Shown piece after piece: positions 1-10,034 of a DNA stretch of 64,000 bases. Within the stretch, counting starts at the first letter, position 1; each line of letters opens with the position of its first letter. The DNA lies in contig JASHNZ010000011.1 in the NCBI GenBank assembly GCA_030041355.1, positions 97,165 through 161,164 of the forward strand, written 5' to 3'. A program made the translations under genes and the position numbers. Origin of the DNA: Nitrososphaerales archaeon (GTDB taxonomy: Archaea > Thermoproteota > Nitrososphaeria > Nitrososphaerales > CADDZS01). The notes under the pieces are model-generated. The model searched no databases and had not been told where the DNA came from. It was given only the letters and a program-made list of their open reading frames with translations.

Positions 1-492
1 CCTGAACTTACGGAAGAAGCTCGAAAGAGATTATCGGATTATTATATTGAGCTTAGACGGCTTGCGCAACCAGGACAAATTGCAGTTACGCCTAGGTGGC
101 TTGAGGGGCTCATCCGACTGTCATTTGCGAGGGCGAGAGTCCTTCTTCATCCCAGAGTTACTGAAGATGACGCGCTAAGAGCAGTTGGTCTGATGAGGAG
201 AATGCTTGAAACTGTGGCTGTAGATCAGAATACTGGCGGAAAACAGGTAGACGTCGGAGTCCTCTACGGAAAGCCGCTTAGCGAGCGAAATCAATTGGAG
301 ACTGCATTGGAGACTTTCAAGAAACTTGAAGGGCCGGGTCCTTCGAAGCAACCAGTTGAGGACAAGGCATTTCTTGAAGAACTTGAAAAAACTGGCAAGT
401 TCAACAAAGAGGAAGCGGACAAGATGCTAAAGACTCTTTACCGATCCGGGCAAATCTACGAAATCAAACCGCACTTTTACCGAAGGATCTGA
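1..492 (+). CDS. mcm: MCM replicative helicase, C-terminal part (5'-truncated by window edge)
   Basis: Frame 1 is open from nt 1 and translates to ...YYIELRRLAQPGQIAVTPRWLEGLIRLSFARARVLLHP..., which looks like the MCM C-terminal region. The listed ORF 193..492 is its tail. Confidence 0.65.
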   Translation, partial: PELTEEARKRLSDYYIELRRLAQPGQIAVTPRWLEGLIRLSFARARVLLHPRVTEDDALRAVGLMRRMLETVAVDQNTGGKQVDVGVLYGKPLSERNQLETALETFKKLEGPGPSKQPVEDKAFLEELEKTGKFNKEEADKMLKTLYRSGQIYEIKPHFYRRI

Positions 493-551
493 TCCTGTAT
501 CGCTCACAGTTACTCATATATCAACTGGGGGAAAGCTCCAAATCCTTCGTT

Positions 552-2735
552 ATGCTCATTCGTGAGATCCCGGGACTCAGAACAGAATTCGTCGAGTCCT
601 TAGAAGCGCAGGGCTACTCCACACTCTATCCTCCTCAAGAGGAGGCCGTTAAAAGTGGGATCTTGGATGGGGAAAACCTCGTTCTGGCAACGCCAACTGC
701 AAGCGGCAAGACGCTTGTCGCCATGATTGCAGCAATGCGAACCATCGAGAAAGGTGGTAAAGTCGTTTATCTTGCTCCGCTTCGCGCTCTTGCGTCTGAA
801 AAGTACGAAGAATTCAAACAGACCTTTTCCAAGATTCTGAGAAAAAATGACGATCCAAATTCTAGAATTAGAGTATTCATTTCGACTGGTGATTTCGACT
901 CATCAGGAGAATCTCTGGGAAACGCGGACATCGTGGTTCTCACAAATGAGCGATTTGATTCAATTCTGAGACATGGGGTAACTTGGACGGATGCTGTGGG
1001 CCTTTTCATTACAGATGAGGTCCACCTTGTGGGAGATCCGCATCGTGGACCCACACTGGAAATGATTCTTGCCAAAATAATTCGTTATGTCCCTGGGTCT
1101 CAAATACTGGCTCTTAGCGCCACCATAAGTAACACGGAAGACCTTGCAAAATGGTTGAACGCGAAACTCATAGACACAGAATGGAGGCCCGTAAAGCTGG
1201 TCGAGGGTATCTACGACTACGGGGCTTTGCAATTCGTCGACGGTGATTCAAGGAAAATTGCCCAGACCAATCGTGGGTCTGCGCTGGATGTTGCGATCGA
1301 TGCTGTGAGGAACGACTCGGGTCAGGCACTAATTTTCTGCGAAACTAGGAAGAGGGCCGTCGCAATGGCGCAAAAAGCCGGCGAATTGATCAGAACGTTG
1401 CTTACGTTTGACGAAAGCTCAAAACTGCGTGCTCTGGCCCTAAAAATACATTCAGCTGGAGAGGAAACGGAGGTTTCAAGACGTCTAGCTGAAGCGGTTG
1501 AAGGAGGGTCGGCGTTTCATCATGCTGGTCTCGATAGCCGACATCGCAAAATAGTTGAAGAAGCTTTCAAATCTAGACAGATCAAAATTCTAACATCGAC
1601 ACCGACGCTTGCCGCCGGAGTGAACCTGCCCGCTCGCAGAGTAATCCTGAGTTCTTTAATGCGCTATGACGCGGAGCAAGGCGGACAAGCTCCGATTAGC
1701 GTTCTGGAATTCAAACAGATGGCTGGGCGAGCAGGTCGACCTAGATATGACAAGATTGGAGAGATAGTACTTCTGGCAGGGTCTGGAATGAATTCCGAAG
1801 AGCTGGTCGAACACTACATACAAGGCAGACCTGAACCCATAAGGTCGCAATTTGCGGCGGATGGTCCGCTCCGATCGCATCTCCTAGGACTAATAGCATC
1901 ACAAAGAGGAATCAGGGAGCAGGATCTCTACGATTTCTTCCAAAGTACTTTGTTCGGATCTCAATATCGGCCTTTGACAATAAAGTCAAAGGTGAAGAAA
2001 TCACTCATGTTTCTCACAGACGAGCAGCTGATTCTTACCAGGTCCAAGAAATTTCTTGCAACTCAATTTGGAAAAAGAGTCGCCTACCTTTACATCGATC
2101 CCCAATCTGCCATTATCATGCGTAGAGGCATAAGATTCGCGGAAAAAGCGAAGAAGCATACTCTGGGACTGCTCCATCTTATCACTCAGGCCCCGGACAT
2201 GATGCCAAAGTTTCGTACTCGCGAAAAAGATGCAGCGGAACTAGACGAAATTCTCTCTAGCAGGGAATCAGAGTTTATGGTGCCGGTCCCGGAGAGAGGC
2301 GATTTTAGCTTCTTTCAAGAGTACGACGAACTGCTTGGCGATTTTAGGACAGTATTGGCGTTGAACTCTTGGATTAATGAAAATCCGGAACAATTCTTGA
2401 TTGAAAAATACTCTGTTGAGCCAGGTGACCTTCATCGGATGGTAGACAGCGCAGATTGGTTGCTCTATTCTCTGGGCGAATTAGCTCGACTTTTTGGCCG
2501 AGTAGATCTCGCGCTGGAAACGGAAGAACTCAGAGAGAGAGTGAGATACGGGATCAAGCCGGAGCTAATTGAGTTAACCAAACTGGAGGGGATCGGCAGA
2601 GTTAGAGCTAGGTCGCTCTTTAATGCGGGCTATACGAGCGTCGAGAAGCTCTCTCAAGCTCCTGTTGAAAAGTTGGCTAACATTCCAAAAATAGGGAATT
2701 CCGTTGCGGCTCAAATAAAGGAGCAGCTGAACTGA
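552..2735 (+). CDS. hel308: Hel308/Hjm (Ski2-like) DNA helicase
   Basis: 727 aa with a Walker A motif (TASGKT), a DEVH box (FITDEVHLV) and a C-terminal helix-hairpin-helix region, as in the archaeal Hel308 family. Confidence 0.85.
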   Translation: MLIREIPGLRTEFVESLEAQGYSTLYPPQEEAVKSGILDGENLVLATPTASGKTLVAMIAAMRTIEKGGKVVYLAPLRALASEKYEEFKQTFSKILRKNDDPNSRIRVFISTGDFDSSGESLGNADIVVLTNERFDSILRHGVTWTDAVGLFITDEVHLVGDPHRGPTLEMILAKIIRYVPGSQILALSATISNTEDLAKWLNAKLIDTEWRPVKLVEGIYDYGALQFVDGDSRKIAQTNRGSALDVAIDAVRNDSGQALIFCETRKRAVAMAQKAGELIRTLLTFDESSKLRALALKIHSAGEETEVSRRLAEAVEGGSAFHHAGLDSRHRKIVEEAFKSRQIKILTSTPTLAAGVNLPARRVILSSLMRYDAEQGGQAPISVLEFKQMAGRAGRPRYDKIGEIVLLAGSGMNSEELVEHYIQGRPEPIRSQFAADGPLRSHLLGLIASQRGIREQDLYDFFQSTLFGSQYRPLTIKSKVKKSLMFLTDEQLILTRSKKFLATQFGKRVAYLYIDPQSAIIMRRGIRFAEKAKKHTLGLLHLITQAPDMMPKFRTREKDAAELDEILSSRESEFMVPVPERGDFSFFQEYDELLGDFRTVLALNSWINENPEQFLIEKYSVEPGDLHRMVDSADWLLYSLGELARLFGRVDLALETEELRERVRYGIKPELIELTKLEGIGRVRARSLFNAGYTSVEKLSQAPVEKLANIPKIGNSVAAQIKEQLN

Positions 2736-2840
2736 AGAAGATTTTTTGATAGTTAATTTGGTGCAGCTTCTGACTTTCTTAGGAAATGTTTTTCAGCCTA
2801 GAGATTAGCTTGGAGTTAGTACCAGCGTGGCGTCAGGTAA

Positions 2841-4337
2841 ATGTCCTTTAGTTCATCGAAGGCCAGCGTAGTAAATCAAAGATACGAGCTTCAGAAAATT
2901 AGCGATGTAGAATTTCGTATAGATCCATCCGCTCGACCGGGCATGAACGTACCAGTAACGATCTATGCCAATGATTCACTAATTACAAAAATGCAAACTG
3001 ACCGGACCATCGGTCAGGCCGTAAATGTTTCTTTTCTTCCCGGTGTGAAAAAGCATGTCCTGGTATTACCCGATGGCCATGAAGGCTATGGGTTTCCCAT
3101 CGGCGGGGTGGCTGCTACCGATTTTGAAAAAGGAGTTATTTCGCCGGGCGGGGTGGGCTACGACATCAACTGCGGAGTCAGACTAATTCGAACAAATCTC
3201 ATGGAGAAGGATGTCAGACCAAGGGTCAAGGAACTTGTAAAGGAAATGTTTCGAGCTGTTCCCTCTGGCTTGGGATCTTTTGGGGCGCTTAACCTCTCGA
3301 CTTCTGAACTGGATCGCGTGCTTTCGGAGGGTGTCAAGTGGGCAGTCGCAAGCGGATACGGCGTATCAAAAGACTTGGAGTTTTGCGAAGAAAATGGGAA
3401 CATGAAACACTCTGATTCAAGTAAAGTGTCCGGCGAAGCAAAAAAGAGAGGAGCCAAGTCTCTAGGGACTCTTGGTTCAGGAAACCACTTTGTGGAAGTC
3501 GAAACAATCAACCAAATCTTGGATCCCGAAGCCGCAAAGGCATTCGGCATCGAAAACAGGGGCCAAGTATGCGTTCTCTTGCACACTGGCAGTAGAGGAC
3601 TGGGGCATCAGGTTTGCAGTGACTATCTTCGAATAGTCGAAGCAAACTCTGGGAATTTCAAAATTTCCTTGCCCGATAGAGAACTAGCCTGCGCCCCTGC
3701 CGGCTCCAGAGAAGCAGAAAACTACAGACTCGCGATGGGTTCTGCTCTAAACTACGCTTGGACAAACAGACAGGTTATAACCCAAAATATCCGTAGAGCT
3801 TTCGAAAGAGTATTCCATATGAGCGCCTCTGATCTCCAGATGGATCTAGTATATGATGTTGCTCACAACATCTGCAAGGTCGAAGAGCATGAAATTGACT
3901 TTGGAAACCCGAAGAAAAAAGCTAAAGTTTTCGTTCACAGAAAGGGCGCAACAAGGGCTTTTCCAAAGGGAAATGAAGCAGTCACAATGGCCTACAGAAA
4001 CGTAGGACAGCCAGTGTTGATCCCTGGTTCAATGGGAACCGCCTCTTGGGTTCTTTTAGGCCAGGCAAAATCGATGGAAGCGAGTTTTGGCTCGACAGCT
4101 CATGGTGCGGGAAGAATGATGTCTAGGGGCGCCGCGATAAGGACCTATCCATACGAGCAGATAAGACATGAATTGGAGAGCAGAGGGATCGTTCTAGAAG
4201 CCGCCAGCAAAAAAGGGGCCGTTGAAGAGGCGCCCGGCGCTTACAAGGATGTAGATATGATCGCTGAAGTATCGGACAAAGTAGGAATAGCTACAAAAGT
4301 CGTTAGGTTGACACCTATGGCGGTAGTGAAAGGCTAG
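2841..4337 (+). CDS. rtcB: RtcB RNA 3'-phosphate ligase (tRNA-splicing ligase)
   Basis: 498 aa. It carries conserved RtcB metal-binding His and Cys motifs (GYDINCG, SGNHF, HTGSRG, HGAGR). Confidence 0.9.
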   Translation: MSFSSSKASVVNQRYELQKISDVEFRIDPSARPGMNVPVTIYANDSLITKMQTDRTIGQAVNVSFLPGVKKHVLVLPDGHEGYGFPIGGVAATDFEKGVISPGGVGYDINCGVRLIRTNLMEKDVRPRVKELVKEMFRAVPSGLGSFGALNLSTSELDRVLSEGVKWAVASGYGVSKDLEFCEENGNMKHSDSSKVSGEAKKRGAKSLGTLGSGNHFVEVETINQILDPEAAKAFGIENRGQVCVLLHTGSRGLGHQVCSDYLRIVEANSGNFKISLPDRELACAPAGSREAENYRLAMGSALNYAWTNRQVITQNIRRAFERVFHMSASDLQMDLVYDVAHNICKVEEHEIDFGNPKKKAKVFVHRKGATRAFPKGNEAVTMAYRNVGQPVLIPGSMGTASWVLLGQAKSMEASFGSTAHGAGRMMSRGAAIRTYPYEQIRHELESRGIVLEAASKKGAVEEAPGAYKDVDMIAEVSDKVGIATKVVRLTPMAVVKG

Positions 4338-4340
4338 TCT

Positions 4341-4814
4341 TTAAGCAATCAAGAGTGTGTCGGAAGGAGATATTACCCTTTGGCAAAACCGACATTTGAG
4401 AATCGGAACTTCCTTATCGACCACGTCGATCGTTGGAATTATCGGTTCGTTCTTTCTGTTGGATATGCAGGTCGGATTTGGGCACTTCAATATACCGCGG
4501 AATAGGTCTGGAAGCTCAACTTTCCTTTTTTCCGCAACCTTATAATTTCTGATTATGTTGACAGTTGCTAGTGGCGCTACAAGTGCTAGCTTGTCCGTTT
4601 CCTCTGGCCTAAGAAAGCGATTTGCGACTTTGACGACGTCTTTAGTGCCTATTTTTGAGCTCGACACATTCATGGCCACGCTGACTATTTCGCCGTCCTT
4701 CCCAGTGATGCCAAGTATATCGAGCACTTGCAGTGCTTCTCCCGCTTTTATGTGATCTATCACTGTTCCTTCTTTTATTCTGCGAATCAGGAGCTGGGTT
4801 TCTTCATCAGACAT
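4341..4814 (-). CDS. pyrI: Aspartate carbamoyltransferase regulatory subunit PyrI
   Basis: 157 aa. The N-terminal allosteric domain is followed by a C-terminal zinc domain with CxxC...CxxC (CPNPTC...CRFCQ), the typical PyrI pattern. Confidence 0.85.
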   Translation of the reverse strand: MSDEETQLLIRRIKEGTVIDHIKAGEALQVLDILGITGKDGEIVSVAMNVSSSKIGTKDVVKVANRFLRPEETDKLALVAPLATVNIIRNYKVAEKRKVELPDLFRGILKCPNPTCISNRKNEPIIPTIDVVDKEVPILKCRFCQRVISPSDTLLIA

Positions 4815-5001
4815 TTTATCTTACCGCGCGAGAACGTTTTTTGAAGCGACTGCGCTTTCAAAAAATCAACGCCTTAAAAGCGATTTCTAGAGTAACAGTT
4901 TTTTCCGGAATTGATTATTATTTCCAGCCATACTCTAATCCTGTCATATACATTGACTTCGCAGGATGTGAGGAAACTCACCGTTAAGATGCCTTGATCA
5001 C

Positions 5002-5502
5002 TCAGTATCGCGTAGATGGATACTCTCTTTTCGCTCTCGCATAGGCGATTCTGCTAAGTAAATCTGCCTCTTTATTTTGAGATCTGTCCACCCATTCCAC
5101 CTTGAGAGACTCAAAATCTCCTAGCAGTTTCTTAGCTCTCATGTAAAGAGGGCGAATGCGTGCGGCTTTCACCTTAAACGTGCCTTTCAGCTGATTTATT
5201 ACCAGGCTAGAGTCTCCACGCACTATGACCTCAAATTCTGACATTTTGTGCTCCTTTAACCACTCGAGACCTTTAATCAAGGCTGAATATTCAGCGACGT
5301 TATTTGAAGCCTCGTAAGTCCACGGTTTTGCAAATGCAAGACCATTGTCCTCGAGCAAATGTACTTTCCCTCGGCGTATTACGACACCGTATGTTGCGAT
5401 TCCCCCAGGGTTCTTAGGCTCGCATAATCCATCAAAATTCAGAAAAATAGTATCTGAGGTCGATGATTTAAATTCCTGATGTTGCGCTGCTTTTGATTGC
5501 AA
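5002..5502 (-). CDS. rnhA: RNase H type 1 (RNase HI-like)
   Basis: 166 aa with an RNase H-like fold signature (FDGLCEPKNPGG...ATYG, EY.ALI.GLE, DS.LV) similar to archaeal RNase HI. Confidence 0.7.
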   Translation of the reverse strand: MQSKAAQHQEFKSSTSDTIFLNFDGLCEPKNPGGIATYGVVIRRGKVHLLEDNGLAFAKPWTYEASNNVAEYSALIKGLEWLKEHKMSEFEVIVRGDSSLVINQLKGTFKVKAARIRPLYMRAKKLLGDFESLKVEWVDRSQNKEADLLSRIAYARAKREYPSTRY

Positions 5503-5970
5503 CTAAAAATCGGAAAGTTCCCAACGTGTATATTGCTTCCTAAAAGCGAATTATCGAAGGCTCGATTTAGATTTGTTGCAGAATGGAGATCTCAAAAACT
5601 TGTAGTTATTGTTGGAGAAAATTCGGTATTTTTCTAACCTCAGAAAACATTTCCCACCCTCGATGATAACCGTCCGTTCTCGAATGAGGAAAAGAGATGT
5701 TACTGAGAAGCTGCAGGAGTGGCGAGCCAACTCGGAGACAAAGATCTGCGGACTGAGGAAAAGACGTGGCAGAGTTGTCGCTAGCCGTGCTTCAAGCGCC
5801 TTAGAGCTAGAGTTCCCACTTGCTCAAATAGTCGGGAACCAAGTTTCCGATCGGGGGTTTGCGCGCTATCAACGCCGGCAGTTTGCCAGGCGCGCAAACA
5901 TGATATACGAATCTCGTTCGGTTTGTTAATAACTCGTTACTTTTTTCGATCATAAAGAGGTTTTCAAGCT

Positions 5971-7416
5971 ATGAGTCAGGATCTCGTTTCATTTGCGATT
6001 GAACAAGCGCAGACGAAAGGCAGCGAATACGCTGAGGCCAGATATCAAAAAACATTCGATCTTGCCTGTCTACTTAGAAATGGCGTTCCGGAGCCGGCAA
6101 CAATGGTTGACGCAGAAGGAATTGGTGTAAGAATAATATTTGAGGGCGCCCTCGCATTCGGAGCTACGAACCAGCTTTCTAGGGAAAATATCTCTGCGCT
6201 AATCGAAAGACTGGTCTCCAACGCAAAAGGCGCCTCTAGAATTCTCAAAGAGAAGATACACTTCTCCTCTGAAGAGGCTCATGTTGCTAAGTGGTCCGCA
6301 GAAGAGCAGAAGAAAGTTGAGGATGTATCGCTGGAATCCATGATCTCTCTACTCAAGGACATCGATTCTACTTTGAACGGATCCATTGCTGACGTAACCT
6401 TTCCCAACAGAATGCTCGTCGCAGGATACGAGGTTGACGAAAAATACTATGCGAACACCGATGGTTCCAAACTCGAAAGTCGAGTGCCTCGCGTTTATTA
6501 TCAAAATATTCTAGTCGCAATGTACGAAGGAAAGCCTAGAACCGTTTCGATTCCACCGGGATTTGCAACACTCGGAGGCTCAGGCGGCTGGGAGATCATA
6601 GATAATCTCAATTTGCCAGAAAGAATCCCTCGAAGTGCAAAACAAATCACCACCGCCGTCAAAGCGACTGACAAAGCGCCGGCCGACGAGAGCCTTGACG
6701 TAATATTAGGACCAGGTGTATCGGCGCTGACCAGTCACGAATCCTGCGGTCATCCAGGAGAAGCAGATAGAATTTTGGGAAGAGAGGGAGCCCAAGCCGG
6801 AGAGTCGTTTCTTAAGCCGGAGAAACTAGGTATGGAGATCGGGAGTTCAGAGGCAATGGTTTCTGATGATCCCACGATTCCTCACTCTATGGGATTCTAC
6901 ATGTATGATGATGAAGGAGTCAAGGCTACCAAGAGAAGGCTAATTACTAACGGAAAGTTCACAGAGTTTCTGCAAAACCGCGCCACGGCCGAGTTCTTCG
7001 GTATCAAAAGCAACGGATCCTCTCGCACGGTGCAATTTGATCGCGAACCAATTATCAGAATGGCAAACACATTCATCGAGCCTGGAGACTGGTCGTTTGA
7101 AGAAATGCTCCGAGAAATAAGGCGTGGCGTATACATCAGGAGCTTCATGGAGTGGAATATTGATGACAAGAGATTGAATCAGAGATATGTCGGTCTTGAG
7201 GCCTTTATGATTGAAAACGGAGAAGTGAAAAATCCCGTCAAAGATCCCGTGCTTGAAATTACTACTCCAAAATACTGGGGCAGCATCGACGCACGAGCTA
7301 AAGATCTTGAATTTGTGTGCGCGACTTGTGGAAAAGGAGATCCCATGCAGGGTGCCCCAGTTTTCACAGGCGGACCGCATATTCGGCTAAGGGATGTGAG
7401 GGTGGGTTCAAGATGA
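5971..7416 (+). CDS. tldD: TldD-family metalloprotease
   Basis: 481 aa with an HExxxH motif (HESCGHPGEADR) and a Gly-rich C-terminal beta region. Confidence 0.8.
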   Translation: MSQDLVSFAIEQAQTKGSEYAEARYQKTFDLACLLRNGVPEPATMVDAEGIGVRIIFEGALAFGATNQLSRENISALIERLVSNAKGASRILKEKIHFSSEEAHVAKWSAEEQKKVEDVSLESMISLLKDIDSTLNGSIADVTFPNRMLVAGYEVDEKYYANTDGSKLESRVPRVYYQNILVAMYEGKPRTVSIPPGFATLGGSGGWEIIDNLNLPERIPRSAKQITTAVKATDKAPADESLDVILGPGVSALTSHESCGHPGEADRILGREGAQAGESFLKPEKLGMEIGSSEAMVSDDPTIPHSMGFYMYDDEGVKATKRRLITNGKFTEFLQNRATAEFFGIKSNGSSRTVQFDREPIIRMANTFIEPGDWSFEEMLREIRRGVYIRSFMEWNIDDKRLNQRYVGLEAFMIENGEVKNPVKDPVLEITTPKYWGSIDARAKDLEFVCATCGKGDPMQGAPVFTGGPHIRLRDVRVGSR

Positions 7417-8771
7417 CTTTGGTCTCAAGCAAAGAAACCGGTCCAGCTCAGCTGGAAGGGCTTGCCGAGCTTGCCTTGGCTGAGGGCAAGAATCTCGGTT
7501 GCAGCGACGTTTCGATAATCGGCGAAATCACTAACAATTCACAGGTCAGGTTTTCGAATAATACCATCACACTTGTAAACAATGTCCAAGAGATCACTCT
7601 TGAAGTCTATCTCGCCAAAGACAAGAAAAGGATTGTCGGTGCGACATACAACCCGAGTGAAGAAGGGGTCAAGAAATTTGTGAATAACCTACTTGCGTCG
7701 TGCCTCTCTCTTCCGGAGAACGAAGACTATACCCCCCTTCCTCCCGGCCCATTCGCTTATCGCGGTACCGGTAACTTTGATACCAAGGTTCAAGACGCTG
7801 AAATTGTGGAGTTCACCGGAGAAGCGATAGATCAAGCGCTCAAAGCCGGAGCCAATAGAGTGTCTGGCTCTCTGAACACGTCGAGCTCTGAGCTTCTCAT
7901 TCGAACTTCAGCGGGGGCAGCGGGAAAAGATCACGTATCCATGATGCTTCTTAATGTGAGGGCATTTGCCGATGATAACGCATCTGGCCATGGATTATCC
8001 TGTTCCTCGTACGTTTCTGATTTTACCCCGGGAAAGGCCGGCTACACTGCGGGGGAATTCGCAAAAAAAAGTTTGAATCCAAAACTGATTGACGAAGGGA
8101 CCTACGATGTCGTGTTTAGTCCCACAGTAGTAGCCAATATCCTTCCAATGGCTGATGAAGCTTCGGCCTTCGCAATTGAATCTGGAACCTCGGTGCTCAT
8201 AGACAAACTGGAAGAAAGAGTTGGGGTCCAGATCTTCTCACTAGATAGCTATGGATCCTACTCACACGGTTTAGGAGGAAGGGTCTTTGATGACGAGGGA
8301 AATCCAACCAAGGACACCGCAGTGATTCAGAACGGCACCTTTCGAAACATGCTCCACAATTGCACCACTGCACGCAAGTTCGGAGCACAGAGCACAGGTA
8401 ACGCAGGAATTATTGTTCCTCATCCCTTCACTGTCGTATTTGAAAAAGGCGAGATAAGTTTAGACAACATGATCCGAGACACGAAACAAGGAGTCTACGT
8501 CACTAACAACTGGTACACAAGGTACCAGAACTATCGAACAGGCGAGTATTCCACCGTTCCGAGAGATGCCGCATTCAAGATTGAAGATGGTGAATTGAAA
8601 GAGCCGATCGCGGGATTTCGCATAAGCGATTCGATTCCTAGACAGCTTTCGAACATTGAATTCATTTCCACTGAGCGAAATTGGATCAAATGGTGGGAAG
8701 TAGAGACTCCAACCTTAGCTCCTGCCATGATGATTAGCGATGTACGGATAACTCGTGCCGTGGGCAGCTAG
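7413..8771 (+). CDS. pmbA: PmbA/TldE-family protein (TldD partner)
   Basis: TldD/PmbA family paralogue. The start at 7413 is chosen because ATG overlaps the tldD stop (ATGA). The ORF-track start at 7317 would overlap tldD by 100 nt. Confidence 0.75.
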   Translation: MTLVSSKETGPAQLEGLAELALAEGKNLGCSDVSIIGEITNNSQVRFSNNTITLVNNVQEITLEVYLAKDKKRIVGATYNPSEEGVKKFVNNLLASCLSLPENEDYTPLPPGPFAYRGTGNFDTKVQDAEIVEFTGEAIDQALKAGANRVSGSLNTSSSELLIRTSAGAAGKDHVSMMLLNVRAFADDNASGHGLSCSSYVSDFTPGKAGYTAGEFAKKSLNPKLIDEGTYDVVFSPTVVANILPMADEASAFAIESGTSVLIDKLEERVGVQIFSLDSYGSYSHGLGGRVFDDEGNPTKDTAVIQNGTFRNMLHNCTTARKFGAQSTGNAGIIVPHPFTVVFEKGEISLDNMIRDTKQGVYVTNNWYTRYQNYRTGEYSTVPRDAAFKIEDGELKEPIAGFRISDSIPRQLSNIEFISTERNWIKWWEVETPTLAPAMMISDVRITRAVGS

Positions 8772-8804
8772 ATTTCTAAGCTTCGTCACGGTGTCCATTT
8801 TTCA

Positions 8805-10013
8805 TTGAGCTCAAAGAGTAGAGCTAGATCGTCCTTCAAAAAAAGAGAAGCCTCAACCCGGAATATTTCAAACAGAAAAACCACAAAGAAAATGCAATCA
8901 AAGACATTAGAGATGGGGAAGAAGTCCATTGGTGTCGGGGCCGAGGAGACATTTCAGATACTCGACACTAATGGAAAAATCATTGGACAAGATCCGAAAA
9001 TTTCGACGGACTTACTTCTTCAAGCATATCGAAACATGGTCCTCACAAGGACTCTAGATGAGAAGTTAATCTCTCTTCAAAGGCAGGGAAGGATGGGGAC
9101 CTACGTTTCTTGCTCTGGCCAAGAGGCTTCGCAGATAGGTGCTGTGATGGCCCTCTCGAAAGAAGATTGGATTTTCCCAATGTATCGCGACATGGGTATG
9201 ATCATACAAGCTGGCGTATCACTCAAACAGCTTGTCAACAGAATGTTAGGTAACGCGGAAGACGAAGCTTTAGGGCGCGATCTTCCTAACCTTTATGCTT
9301 GGAAGGCCAACAAAATTGTCAGTTTCGCCGCGCCTATCGCGTCTCATGTCCCGGTGGCAGCAGGATTTGCAATGGCTGCAAAATCAAGAAAAGAAAATCT
9401 AGTCACGATCGCTACCTTCGGGGACGGCGCGACTTCATCGGGAGAATTTCATGTGGCGATGAATTTTGCCGGCGTGTACAAGGCCCCTACAATTTTCATA
9501 TGCGAGAATAATCAATATGCGATCTCGGTTCCTGTTAGCGAGCAAACAGCCTCCGATTCAATTGCCATCAAGGCGTCAGCCTATGGGTTCGAAGGCTTGA
9601 AAGTGGATGGAAACGACCTCTTCGCGGTTTATGCGACTGTCAAAAGGGCGGTTGAGAAAGCCCGGAGAGGTGAAGGGCCCACTCTCATAGAATGCCTAAC
9701 TTATCGCTTAGGTTCTCACTCCACTGCCGACGATTGGAAGAAGTACAGGTCCGGCGACGAAGTCGAATCTTGGAAAAGGAGAGACCCTATTCCAAGGTTG
9801 AAAGACTATCTGATCAATGACAGAAAGGCTTGGTCTGAAGATGAAGATTCAAAACTGAGATTGGGAGTCGAAGCGGAAATAAGCCAAGCGATAGCTTCTG
9901 CTGGGAAAATTCCGCCTCCCGAATTGAAGACCCTCGTTACTGATGCTTACTCAAGCGTACCTAGGAATCTGGAAGAGCAGTCCAAAGAGCTTTTTGAATC
10001 AATGGAATCCTAA
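8805..10013 (+). CDS. pdhA: 2-oxoacid (pyruvate/branched-chain) dehydrogenase E1 component alpha subunit, TPP-dependent
   Basis: Carries the TPP-binding GDG...N motif (FGDGATSSGEFHVAMNFAG...ICENNQYAIS). The basic N-terminal extension makes the true start uncertain. Confidence 0.8.
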   Translation: MSSKSRARSSFKKREASTRNISNRKTTKKMQSKTLEMGKKSIGVGAEETFQILDTNGKIIGQDPKISTDLLLQAYRNMVLTRTLDEKLISLQRQGRMGTYVSCSGQEASQIGAVMALSKEDWIFPMYRDMGMIIQAGVSLKQLVNRMLGNAEDEALGRDLPNLYAWKANKIVSFAAPIASHVPVAAGFAMAAKSRKENLVTIATFGDGATSSGEFHVAMNFAGVYKAPTIFICENNQYAISVPVSEQTASDSIAIKASAYGFEGLKVDGNDLFAVYATVKRAVEKARRGEGPTLIECLTYRLGSHSTADDWKKYRSGDEVESWKRRDPIPRLKDYLINDRKAWSEDEDSKLRLGVEAEISQAIASAGKIPPPELKTLVTDAYSSVPRNLEEQSKELFESMES

Positions 10014-10034
10014 AAAAGAAGAGGAACAACCTGT

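Noticed and set aside
767-1880. Several 60-100-aa antisense ORFs inside hel308 (767..1075, 960..1232, 1656..1880) and similar ones inside other long genes
   Set aside because: They are embedded antisense in well-supported long CDSs and carry no motifs. They are typical six-frame noise.
5609-5929. 106-aa ORF in the rnhA-tldD intergenic region
   Set aside because: Extremely Arg/Lys-rich, no motif, and it overlaps a GC-rich stem-loop. It is more likely a non-coding translation artefact.
5503-5970. Possible SRP RNA or RNase P RNA, suggested by GCCAGGCGCG and GGAAAGTTCC
   Set aside because: These are partial motif matches only. The rest of the conserved cores (GAAGGGAGCA for SRP, the AGGAAAGUCCGGGC P4 context for RNase P) is absent.
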